From the NCBI RefSeq assembly GCF_006345805.1, contig NC_043011.1:2418001-2482000 (forward strand): a stretch of DNA of 64,000 nt, given 5' to 3'. The first letter of the stretch is position 1, and every line of letters starts with the position of its first letter. The position numbers and the translations under genes were made by a program. The notes under the pieces are model-generated. The model was given only the letters and a program-made list of their open reading frames with translations. It did not search any database and had not been told where the DNA came from. Of this stretch, positions 27,084 through 38,668 are shown in pieces. This stretch comes from Octopus sinensis. Its lineage: Eukaryota.

Positions 27084-28254
27084 TTGGACCTACTGAAGAA
27101 AATCAAACCTTGTGAGTTCTCCATGACTTGCTAAAACATGATCAGAAACCAATTGGTCCAGGATACTAGATGGTAAATGTTTTTCATTTCCAAATTTATT
27201 CCTGTCGAATTTTTATCCCAATTTTTTGTGGTCATAGAACTTAGCTGTTCTTTCTAATTCGTAGAATCCCTATAAGTGGATTCTCTATGTGTTTAGATAT
27301 ACACTATACCGTATATATACATATATAAAGTTGAAAAAAGATCTATCAAATCAAATTTTATGTATAAAAGATGGAGATGGAAATAGCACAGAAGTAAATC
27401 TAAGGCATTTCAATTTAAGAAGGAATTTAATAAAATGATTTTAAAAATTATATAAAGAAAATATTACTGGTTTCGATGATGAATTTAATTTTATCAAACG
27501 ACAGTAAACATTCATATAAATTTAAAGTAAAAGCAGTTTATCTTCTGACTGGATGTTTTTCGTCGAAGTCTTCTTTAAATATAGTTTGGTAGAGAGTTCA
27601 AAGTGTTAGAGAGTAAAAAATTGTCCAAAAGAAATTTTTGTGGGTTCCTGCCAAGGGAGTGGCTTAAAAGTGTAGCAGAGCTACATATTACATAGTAATG
27701 TGTGAGTCGACCTGCACAGCAGACGAATATACCAATAAGGCATCTAGCCTCACTTTGATACAGTAGCGGCGCTCTGAGACATCAGCCTAGTTCTGAGCTA
27801 CACTGTAGAAATGGTCTCAGTTTCTGCCAGGCTTTGGTCAAAGACATGTCTTCTCTTCAGCTCCACATGCAATCTCCCATGTGTGACTCACGTGTCTATT
27901 CACCTCGACACAAAATATATGGTTCATAAGTGAAGATATTTCATCACACACACATTCTCAAAATGACTGTTCTCATTGCTCACATGCATACATACTGTAA
28001 TACAAATATTGTATGTTACTTCTTTCAGTGCAAAAGCAAAAATCAAAACTTTCTTTGTATGTAAACAGACATGTTCTTATATCATACTAACATGTTTCCA
28101 CCACAAAAGGTGAACACAGAATAAACAATATATTTATACACAAAAATGTCTTATGGTGATTCATACTAACTGTTTTTCCATTTAATAACATGCACTTGAG
28201 CAGCCAACAACAGCCACTAAAAAAGGCTATTTTTGAATGGGTTTTATGGCCATC

Positions 28255-28257
28255 TGT

Positions 28258-28295
<38 letters not shown>

Positions 28296-28860
28296 ATTGT
28301 GTGTGTTTATTGTGTTGAATATCCTTTCAATACGTTTGGAATGTGACCATGGGTGTGTATGTTGTGATGAATGTCTTGTTGAAGAAATATTAGGATTTTC
28401 CTTTGGGTTAAATGTATTTTTTTTAATGTCTCCACCTGTATGTATGTGTGTGGTCACAAGCTATGTGTGTGTGAGTGTGATTTTTGCAATGTTTTCTATT
28501 CTGTGTATGTGTGTGTGTGTGTGTGTGTGTGTACAGTTGTGTATTTTTTGTGACGTTTTCTTTTGTATGTGTGTGTGTGATTTTTTTGTGGTTTTCTTTT
28601 GTGTGTATGCATATGTGAATGTGTGTGTTTGTCTGTGTGTGCAAACATGTGTGTTTTTGTGATGCTTTCTTTTTTTGTGTATGTGTGTATGTATGTTTGT
28701 GTGTGTGTGCAGGTGTGTGTATGTTTTTTTGTGATGTTTTGTGTGTATGTGTATGTGAGAATGTGGGTTTGTCTGTGTGTGCAGACGTGTATGTGTGTGT
28801 GTCTGTTTTTGTGATGTTTTCTTTGTATGTGTGTGTGCAGGCATATATATATATATATAT
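28255..28860. repeat. Degenerate (TG)n-rich tract downstream of the Neptune-like GIY-YIG
   Basis: TG repeats interrupted by recurrent TTTTTGTGATGTTTT motifs. Confidence 0.8.
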
Positions 28861-28959
28861 TGGAAAAAAAGATTTAGGAATTGATAGGATGTATCTTTCA
28901 AAATGATAATACGTATGAAACTGTTTTTAAGTGTCATTCTTATGTATTGGTTGGTAGTG

Positions 28960-29530
28960 GTTGGGTCTATATTCAATTGTGGTTAATACTTGTTAACAGA
29001 TTGCCTTTCTTTATTTAGTCTTTGTTGTTGGTTGAAAGAATCTGAGCACCTGTAGAGGGGGAATATTTTGAAATTTGGTAAGTCCATTCCTGCACAGGTT
29101 GCAATGTGACTGCTTAAAGGGATTTTCCTGGTGTTTTATTCAATCCACCTGTCTGACCTATGTAATTATGTTGACAAGCATTGCATGTGATTACATGAAT
29201 CAGGTTTTCTGTGTTGAATGTTAAATTTGACTTAACTCTGAAGGTTTGGCCATCTATGAATTTAAATTCTAGTTCCTGAATTAGGTAATGGCAAGTACTG
29301 TGCTTTGTTCTTCCACATTTTCAGACACTTGGGTTGGGGTTATTTTTGTGCATGTTTTCTTCAGTGGGAATGAGTTTTAGCGTTTTGGGTTGTCTTTTGT
29401 TTTTGATGATTTGTTGTTTTTCTAAGATTTTTCTCATTTTGAGAGCCAGTTCCATGAAGGAAATGTGTAACATGCATGAGGCTTCTAAGATAGAGGAGTA
29501 CAGAGTAGATTTTTTAAGTTAGCCTGCTCC
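28960..29530 (-). pseudogene. Degenerate Neptune-like PLE linker and GIY-YIG endonuclease
   Basis: Manual translation: KMRKILEKQQIIKNKRQPKTLKLIPT..SV*KCGRTKHSTCHYL..TENLIHVITCNACQHNYIGQTG / SSHIATC..FKIFPLY..RLNKERQSVNKY*PQLN. YIG lies at 29156-29164. Confidence 0.8.
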
Positions 29531-30109
29531 TTGCTGGGTCTGAGCCATGTATTGTAGAGGTAACTAACTAAAGCAGCTAGCTCTATGCTGTAGATGTGTA
29601 GTGAAGCAGAGTGTTTCAGCATAGCTACCTATATGCTAGGTGTGTATAATGGTGAGGAAATTTTGTATATAGCTGCAATTTCTGTATGTAATCAGTGAAG
29701 CAGCTAAATCTTGTAAGAATCAAGGAAATTTGCTTCAGTAAGCAGTCATGGGCGAGAAATATGATTTAACATCAGTGGGAAGCAATATGAGTCAATTTAG
29801 TAAGCATTTCTATTGATAAATCTGCTAATGTATGTGTATGTGTGTAAAAAGAACAGAGATAGAGACAGCGAGAGAAAAAGAAAGAGTTTCTTTGTGTATA
29901 TGTATGAGTGCACATGCATGTGTATGTGTGTGTGTGGATAGCCATTTGTGTGTTTGACATTAATATATTTACTGTTATTTATATGGAACACTTTGCAAAG
30001 TAGGCATCATATATAGGCATTTGTATGTATAGGCATATACATGTCTCTAGGTACAAATGGAATCATAAAAGTGTATATGTGTATATAGGTAGGATTACAT
30101 ATTGCAGTG

Positions 30110-30150
<41 letters not shown>

Positions 30151-30825
30151 GTATATTTGTATGTATGTATGTATGTATGTATGTATGTATGTATGTATGT
30201 ATGCACACACAGATAGATAGATAAATACATACATACATACATACATACATACTCACACACACACGCGTTAGACATGTTTACTTAAAGTGCACTTCACATG
30301 ATGCTAAGTCTAAGAGAGACCTGTGCCACTTTCAATGACTTAGATATTTCTGGAATAGTCTAATTACCAAACTTTAGAAAAAGTACACCATTTAAGCAAT
30401 CAAAATGGTTTCCTTCAATATCTGAATAAAGGTTAAAGGATAGGACAGGGGTTTAAATGTGCTTTACTACCATTAGCGCGATGGTGCTAGAGTTGAAGAG
30501 TTTGTTGACAGGTCTTATATGCAGTCGTAAATGTATATGTTGTAAGATAAAGAACTAATTATGTTGCATATAACGGCCAAATTTCTGTCTGGCTATTTAC
30601 TTACCTAGCAGCCAGCCAGTTGTATAATGTCGGCTATCATAAATCCTAACAGTATAATGTTATGGCTGCTACGTCTTGGCATGTATGGAAGTTAATGTGT
30701 ATGCTTGTGTATATGTGAATATGTGGTTATGTATGTGAGTATGCATGTGTTTGTGTCTGTATGTGCACTACTTAAGTATAGCCTCATGTATTTAAGCATT
30801 AGCAGATGTGGTGCTTTGTATATAT

Positions 30826-31221
30826 GCGTAGGAGTGGCTGTGTGGTAAGTAGCTTGTTTACCAACCACATGGTTCCAGGTTCAGTCCCACTGCGTGGCAC
30901 CTTGTCTTCTACTATAGCCTCGGGCCGACCAAAGCCTTGTGAGTGGATTTGGTAGACGGAAACTGAAAGAAGCCCGTCGTATATATATATATATATGCGT
31001 GGGTGTGTTTGTGTGTCTGTGTTTGTTCCCCTAGCATTGCTTGACAACCGATGCTGGTGTGTTTATGCCCCCGTTACTTAGCGGTTCGGCAAAACAGACC
31101 GATAGAATAAGTACTGGGCTTACAAAAGAATAAGTCCCGGGGTCGAGTTGCTCGATTAAAAAAGGCGCTGCTCCAGCATGGCCGCAGTCAAATGACTGAA
31201 ACAACTAAAAGAATAAAAGAG
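30826..31221 (+). mobile_element. SINE family A
   Basis: Near full length. Confidence 0.87.
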
Positions 31222-32204
31222 TATGCATGTGTCTCAGTGCATATGTGCATGTATTATGTTTTTTCCTGTATAGCTATGTAAACATGCTTGTATCTGTCTG
31301 TGTGTACTAATGAATTTATAGTATGTTTGTGTACATCAGTAACTGTATAATTGTATTTATGTGTGTGTATAGAGGTGTTTGTGTATGCACAGTTTTGTAC
31401 ATAGTATGGTTTAGACCTTTCATACGAAATGAAAGAACATGATGACAAATGGAGATATGTCATATAGGAAATCCGACCATGACAGCATGGGGAAACAAGG
31501 GAGAACTACTATATCAAAGATAAGGGAAGAAAGAAAAAAATTAAGCTAATAATGATATAGAAAACAACAAAAACGGTGATGAGGATGATGGTGAAAATGA
31601 TAACAAGAACTATGGTCTGGCAGTATAATGGCTGTAGTTCAATTATAGCAAAAGGTGTGATACCTGCAGCTTAATTAAGCATATATCAACATCGTAGGTA
31701 GTGGTGATGATGACAGCTGTTGTGTTGGTAACTGTTTTGGTATCAGCATCATCACCACCACCACTACCATTATCATCACTGTCTTTGTTTTCCCATACCT
31801 AAATGGGTTGGACATAAATTTTTTCCAGCAGAGATCTACAACTCTAATTGCATCTCCTTGACATCATGCCTTCCATACTTTCAGTGTCAGCTTCTATTTT
31901 GGTTTTATATTTTTTGACGGGTCCCTTACTCTAGGCTTGCCTAGGGTGCCATCACCCATTTGTTATCTACCACATGCATCACATACTCGTATTGTCTTTT
32001 CTCTGGCACACTGTTTTTGATCCCTCTTATACTTAATTTTACTCCCAGGCTATTTATTCTGTTATTCAAGAGCACTAATAGGACACATTCAAAACACACA
32101 AAACACAAATTCACATGCGCACACACACGTATTTATACACATATATGTGTTTGTGTGTATGTGAGCGTGCATGTGTATGTATACATTTTTCACCATCATC
32201 CTCA

Positions 32205-32383
32205 TCACACTACACTCTCGGAGTGGTTGGCATTAGGAAGGGCATCCAGCTGTAGAAACTCTGCCAGATCAAGATTGGAGTCTGGTTCACCAGACCTCAG
32301 TCAAATCGTCCAACCCATGCTAGTATGGAAAGCGGACGTCAAATGATGATGATTATGATGATGATGATGATGATGATGATGAC
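32205..32383 (+). mobile_element. RTE 3'-UTR-derived repeat, short copy
   Basis: Same terminal sequence and GAT tail. Confidence 0.8.
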
Positions 32384-32719
32384 TTATAGTTCTACTTTTA
32401 AAAATAGATCAACTTTACAGAGAAAAAAAGACACATACATATCTTGTGCAACGTTTTTATTTATAGTATCTGACTGTGTATTAGAATAAGTATTGTTACT
32501 TTAGCTTTTTAGCAAGCTGCATACAATACTGTTACATGATATAATGATCAAAAGATGTGCCAAACTGTGATTTCATGTCTCTACTTTATTCAGATGAAAA
32601 TATGCTCATTTATACCTAAAGTCTACTATTGACATTTTAGAGTATGCAGAGCAGAGACCCATGAAAATTCTCATTGTTTCCAGATGACAGAACAGTATCT
32701 AAGTACTTTTGTATGGCTT

Positions 32720-32838
32720 GACACATATGTGAGTGTATGTTAGTGCGTGTATGTGTGTCTGTATATGTTTGTATCTGTGTGACGATATGTTTGTGTGTAT
32801 GTGTGACTGTACATGCTTGTGTGTGTCTACCTGTATAT

Positions 32839-32878
<40 letters not shown>

Positions 32879-33240
32879 GTATATGTTTGTATATGTGTCT
32901 GTATATGTTTGAGTGTGTGTATGCATGTATATGTTTGTATGTGTGAGTGTAGTGTGTGTATGTGCGTCTGTATATGTTTGTGTCTGTGTGACTATATGTT
33001 AGTGTGTATGTGTGACTGTATATGCTTGTGTGTATCTACCTGTATATGTTTGTGTATATATATATACCTGTATATGTTTGTATATGTGTCTGTATATGTT
33101 TGTGTGTGTGTATGCATATATATGTTTGTATGTGTGAATGCTTGTATATTTGTGTGTGTGTGTAGTGTGTGTATGTGCGTCTGTATATGTTTGTATGTGT
33201 GAATGCTTGTATATTTGTGTGTGTGTGTGTGTGTACATTG
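32720..33240. repeat. Degenerate (TG)/(TA) tract with an internal ~220-bp higher-order duplication
   Basis: The block GTGTATGTGYGTCTGTATATGTTTG..GTGACTGTAYATGCTTG..TCTACCTGTATATGTTT occurs twice. Confidence 0.8.
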
Positions 33241-33487
33241 TATGGAAAACATGTCTATGATCTACTTTTAAACTTTTTTGAGGTTTCTCTGTTTTTGATG
33301 AGAGTCCTGGCAATATTCTATGAAAATATATTCCGAAATACTTCTTTAATGTTTATTAATTTCTGCTGTCTTGTCTTCGGGACATGAAATGTTGTTGACA
33401 TATTATACTTGAAAGGAAAGAAATTTAGTTGTTCAGTGCGTGTGTGTTTGTGTGTGTGTATATATAAATCTTTTTTTTTTTTGTTGC

Positions 33488-33760
33488 CATTACTTGTTTT
33501 AGTCATTAGTTTGTGGCCATACTGAAGCATGACCTTGAAGAATTTTAGTTAAACAAATTGTCCCCAGGATTTATTTTGCTTTGAGCCTGGTATTTATTTT
33601 ATTAGTCCCTGTTGTCAAACCACTAAGTACATAAACATACCAACACAGGTTGTCAAGCAGTGAGGGGAGGGACAAATACAGAGACACAAAGATACACGCT
33701 CACAATGGACTTCAGTTTCATTTGATCAAATCCACTCACAAGGCTTTGGCTTGCCTCAGG
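33488..33760 (-). mobile_element. SINE family A, diverged partial
   Basis: Matches the 3' domain and part of the body. Confidence 0.7.
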
Positions 33761-34224
33761 CAAACTTTTTACAGCAGCCACATCTATGCTTTTATATATC
33801 ATCGCTACTATTTACTGTCCGCTTTCCCTGCTGGCAGGGGTTGGACAAATATATGCATGCATGTATGTATGTATGTATAATCAATAAAAAGCATATATCA
33901 GAAGAAGCACACTCTAAAGAATAGAGCAATAATCATTACAACAAAAATTTTATATCTTGGACATAGAGTTACTCAAGGTCTCATAGAGTTACTCAAGGTC
34001 TCACGGCCACAAACCAAAACCTTGTGGATAAGCTCAACAGACTCTATACAAATACAGCATTTTAAATATCTACGTTGCAGACGTGAGGAAACACCCAGAA
34101 CTCATGGAATTAACGAAGACGTGTTATCTCCCTTGAATCACATCCCATGTGTGTAAATATATTAGTTCTGTGAGTACTTTAAGCGATGTTTTCTTAATCA
34201 CAAGCCATCCCTCAGAGTCCTAGA

Positions 34225-34935
34225 AAGATGGTTTGTCACGTCCCTGGCTCACCATGTATGGCACCTCAAATATCAAGAAACCCTGTATTTATCAGCACAA
34301 TATACTTTCTTGCACACTACATCCAATTCCTCTTACACACAGTTTTTCTCTCACTACATTTATACTTACATTGCATATCCAGTTGTGTATATTTTCCTTT
34401 TTTTCCAGTCTCTTCAAACTCTCTGCATTCAAGCCCCATGTTTCACAGCCATGCAGCATCACAGTTCTAGTACAAGCATTATGTAATATACCCTTCACCC
34501 GCTGAGAGAAAAGACCAATGTTACAAGCAATAATAGAAGCTCAGAGAGTTCTTTCCAGTTTGTTCTTACTCTAGCTGCAATACTTTTGGAGCAAAAATCT
34601 CCCCTGCTAATTTTGTACAGTAAGGAACAAAAGTTGTCAATAAATTCTCATGGGCCATCTGGGCATTAAAAGGAATCTATTTCTGGTGTGCTCATAGTAT
34701 GTTGTGGCTCAGTACATATGTCACATATCGAGCTTACTTTCTCTGTTAGTCTGCTTGTGATTGCACCTTCTATGTGTCCTTTGCTCACAATGGTTACAGC
34801 ATATAGAGTTGATACCTACTTCTTCTCTGCATACTGGGTAAGTTAATTTTCGTGAAGATACTGAGGTCCTGTCTACTTTCTTACTTACTAGCGTCTTAGT
34901 CTTTGATAGGTTTATTTGGCACTGAATATTGAATT
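34225..34935 (-). mobile_element. Decayed RTE LINE fragment
   Basis: KGILHNACTRTVMLHGCETWGL..CSVQE; INLSKTKTLVS..PVCREEVGINSICC. Confidence 0.78.
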
Positions 34936-34939
34936 CTTC

Positions 34940-35627
34940 CATTGCTGCTTCAGTTCTGGGTCTTAGCCATAGGACCAATTTTCATCACCAGTGACGACCT
35001 TCAAAAAATGGTTTGGATCAACTTCCAACTGTTCGTTCAGTTCATGTCACACATTCACTTGTGACTGCTTTTGATCTTCCAAGAGCAAATTTTGCTGCAA
35101 CTCTTTCATTCACAATTCCTCACTCAAAATTCGCTGGCAGAAGCTCCAGGACACACCAGTCATATCAACAAATTTGTTAATTGTTCAGCGACAGTCCTCC
35201 AAGATAAGTTCATGAATTTTAATGGTGTTTTCGTTTGTTTTGAGAGGTCGATGTTCACCCTAAATGTGGTTGGTCTTCAAGCGACAAGTGACCATTCCTA
35301 AAGTGTGAAAACTACTTTTAAACTTGTGTTTTGCTCATGGCAGTATCCTTATGAGCTGTTTGAAGTATGACAACTGTTTTGGCTGCCATTTTTTCCAGTA
35401 GAAAACAGAATTTCATGGAAGCACACTATCTCTTCTTTTCAGCCAACACAAAAATCGATGAACAGGGGGGAAGCTCTACAAAACAAAGACGTACCGTGTG
35501 CCCGTATGACTCCACTCAATGCCACTGGTAGGCAGACTGATGCCTGAGGGTTGCACCAAGAGTCTTCTAGCAGTGGAAGCTTGAACTACAACAGGCTTGT
35601 CCCACAGGAAACGTTTTCGGTTACTTC

Positions 35628-35628
<1 letters not shown>
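34940..35628 (-). mobile_element. mariner transposon 5' half (terminal repeat plus transposase pseudogene)
   Basis: Begins TA-CGAAG at the (TA)n tract. Decayed translation MKFCFLLEK..AMSKTQV..LEDQPH..SWSFCQRILSEEL..DPNHFLKVVTGDENWSYG*DPE matches the mariner HTH and first catalytic Asp region. Confidence 0.85.
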
Positions 35629-35675
<47 letters not shown>

Positions 35676-35889
35676 AGAGAATATAATTCCAGAACTTACA
35701 GGGAAAAATTCAATTTAACAATTTTAAATCAAATTTCCCAATATATAATATATGTATATAATTTAGAGAAAAACCTCTATTAAACAATTCAATAATGAAA
35801 GATGTTATTCACACCATATAGAAAACATATACTATAAAAACCTTAATCTAAAAATCAATAAAGTACAATAAATAGTAAATAGTAGTAAA

Positions 35890-36008
35890 AATACTATGCG
35901 CGTTTCATGGCTATATTTTCAAATAGATAATAATAAAAACAATTCGATTTAAAATTAAATCGATCTAAAATTAATTCTATTTAAAAATATAGTTACTCAT
36001 CAGATCTA
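35890..36008 (-). ncRNA. Hammerhead motif, left arm of PLE-B (stems I and III partly decayed)
   Basis: Minus strand: AGAT-CTGATGA-GTAACTATATTTT..AAAATATAGCCAT-GAA-ACGCGCAT-A-GTAT. Confidence 0.65.
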
Positions 36009-36619
36009 AAATGAATAATAAAAGAAATAAAAATAGAATAAATGTACTCATCTTAGCTTATACTAATTATCAAATAGATATATAAAAAATACGTGTATTA
36101 ACTATAAATAATCGAAAAGCATTTAACAATATTTCTTAAAATAAAAATACAACTTATCTTATCTAAGGATTTTCGTTAACTAAAAATTTAAAGGTAATAC
36201 GTAGCACTTAGCGTTTATAAGAAATATATCATGTGAAAATATGGCGTGAATAGAATTTATTGAAGAAATAGATAGAAATATGTATTTAAGCTATTAAAAT
36301 TACAAATGTGTTTTAGCTGTGAGAATAAGGTAAAAATATTAACTTTATTATACCATTTATTGGAAAAATTGTAAAGTCTAAGTAATTTGGATACTAAATA
36401 CGTAAATATAAATAATATAATAAACATAAATTAAGCTAAAGTTCTATAATTTAATCTATTTTCATTAATTAATCTACTTATTTTATAAACATCTCATTTT
36501 CAACTTATTCTAATTATGTAATATAGACTATATAATTTCGTGCTAATTTATACACATTTTACTACAACAAATTATAACTACAACAATTAGTAACATAAAA
36601 CAGGGTTTATATATATATA

Positions 36620-37080
36620 CAAATGAGCCAAACTTATATAAGTAATTTAATTCATGTCTACATTTAATTTTTCGTTCGTCTAGTGAATTAATTAATTTTT
36701 TATTATTAGCTAATAATATCTCCTAAAATTCGTTAGTACATAATAAACAAAATTTACTACCTATTCGATATGATTTTGCCTTTCAGAACTATCTCCCAAT
36801 TTAAATTGTACTTAATATTTTTAGATTATAGCTCCCATATATATTTACTAAGGCCAGTAGAATTAATTAAATTTCTATTCTTAGAAGAATTCGTGTGTTG
36901 AGCCGCCCGTTAATTTAATTTTATTAGACGTCGACCCTATGTAAACAGCATTTGAATTATAACCATTCCTATTATTATTATCAATCAAAGTCACTACACA
37001 TTTACTACGTCATCGAAATCACATTTAGTTTTATCCCTACAGTACAATTAATTATATTCTGGTTTTTATTATTATTATTG
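36620..37080 (-). pseudogene. Degenerate GIY-YIG endonuclease of PLE-B
   Basis: Manual translation with frameshifts and stops: AVYIGSTSNKIKL/RAAQHTNSSKNRNLINSTGLSKYIWEL*SKNIKYNLNWEIVLKGK/SYRIGSKFCLLCTNEF*EILLANNKKLINSLDERKIKCRHELNYLY. It is colinear with the PLE-A C-terminus. Confidence 0.85.
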
Positions 37081-37126
37081 GAATAATCATTTGATTTGTT
37101 TTTTATTTATCATTATTATTTATTTT

Positions 37127-37244
37127 AGACCTGATGAGTGACTATATTTTAAAATAGAATTAATTTTAGATTGATTTAAATTTTAAATCGAATTGTTTTT
37201 ATTATTATCTATTTGAAAATATAGCCATGAAACGCACGTAGTCT
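37127..37244 (+). ncRNA. Type I hammerhead ribozyme, right arm of PLE-B
   Basis: AGAC-CTGATGA-GTGACTATATTTT..(91-nt stem II region)..AAAATATAGCCAT-GAA-ACGCACGT-A^GTCT. Confidence 0.78.
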
Positions 37245-37395
37245 TTTTACTACTATTTACTATTTATTGTACTTTATTTGATTTTTAAATTAAAGTTTTT
37301 ATAGTATATGTTTTCTATATGGTGTGAATAACATCTTTCATTATTGAATTGTTTAATAGAGGTTTTTCTCTAAATTATATACATATACATACATG

Positions 37396-37435
<40 letters not shown>

Positions 37436-37454
37436 CACACACATACATATATAT

Positions 37455-37654
37455 CAAGAGCTTACTTTCAAAACCAGATATATGCATTGGAATGACTTAT
37501 GAGTAATTGAGGAAATTCAGTATCTAAATATATCTGATTTTGATCGGAAGACTAAGATTTGCCTACTGTATGTATGGCAGCTTGCAGATTATATTTTGAC
37601 AGTTATCATGAAATAGACCAAATATGCACTTATACCAGTTTTGAAAGTAAGCTC

Positions 37655-37657
<3 letters not shown>
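37455..37657. mobile_element. ~200-bp MITE-like element between TA tracts
   Basis: Imperfect ~35-bp TIRs starting AAGAGCTTACTTTCAAAAC, with TA repeats on both sides. Confidence 0.7.
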
Positions 37658-37751
<94 letters not shown>

Positions 37752-37884
37752 TATAGGTAGAAAAATTATTAATTTATCTGAATCATATCTGTAGTGAAAA
37801 GGAATTAGCTGTCTTTGGCTGCTATTTCTAAATTTTCGGTATGTGGTGATGCAAATTGTTGCTAAACCCTTAATTATATTTATA

Positions 37885-37931
<47 letters not shown>

Positions 37932-37983
37932 TATTGGTGAATTGAAGAAATGGAGCTGAACACAGATTGAACAGAAATCGTTT

Positions 37984-38075
37984 TATTTCATTCTACACGT
38001 GTTTCGAAAGGCACAAATTACCAAAATCCGATTGAATAATGGGACCATATTGTGTCTTTCTCTTCAGGAAGAAAA
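37984..38075 (-). ncRNA. Type I hammerhead ribozyme in the 3' region (pLTR) of PLE-A
   Basis: Minus strand reads TTTTCTTC-CTGAAGA-GAAAGACACAA..TTGTGCCTTTC-GAA-ACACGTGT-A^GAATGAAA. Core intact, stem II closed by G-C, palindromic stem III, GUA cleavage triplet. Confidence 0.85.
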
Positions 38076-38668
38076 AAGGAAATCCGCTGGAAAAACAAAA
38101 ACAGAACAGAGGCTGAGCAAAAACAAATCGAACTATGCTCCTAAGAGCCCATGGCGAAACTGTTTATCAGTGTATGTTGAGAACCGGTGGCTGAAGAATT
38201 CAACGGGTCAGGCATCGGTCAATCACGTGGGTGAGGGTGTATAGATGTTCTTTGTGACCGAGCATAAAGTTCTGACTATTTAAGGAATATTGGATGTTTT
38301 ATAAGGGGCGAGAAAAAATCTACTTAGAGACGTGTGTGTGTGTATACTGTTCTATATATGTGTGTGTTGGCGTAGGGGTAGAAAACATTTTTTGTGTACG
38401 TGTGTGCGTTTGATCGTTCGGCTGTCAGTGGCTACTGCCGTGATAACCGTTGGGTGGCAGAAAGAAAAAATATATATATATATTATGTTTTATGTGTGTG
38501 TGTGTTCATCTAAGCCTGCCTTGTCAAGGAAACCCCCCGCTGTGAAAAAACCAAGCCCCGTTTGTCTTACAGGAGTAATTCCCCTTGCAGTGGTTAATCG
38601 TAGATATCTTAAAGGCTATTTCAGAATTTGTTACCAAGGGCTATGGGTGCCGGTATTATTTATAAACG

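Larger units (their letters stand above)
35670..37388 (-). mobile_element. Decayed 5'-truncated Penelope-like element (PLE-B) with inverted terminal arms
   Basis: Inverted repeat of ~35745-36020 and ~37115-37388. The interior on the minus strand encodes a GIY-YIG remnant similar to that of PLE-A. TA-rich tracts on both sides. Confidence 0.85.
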
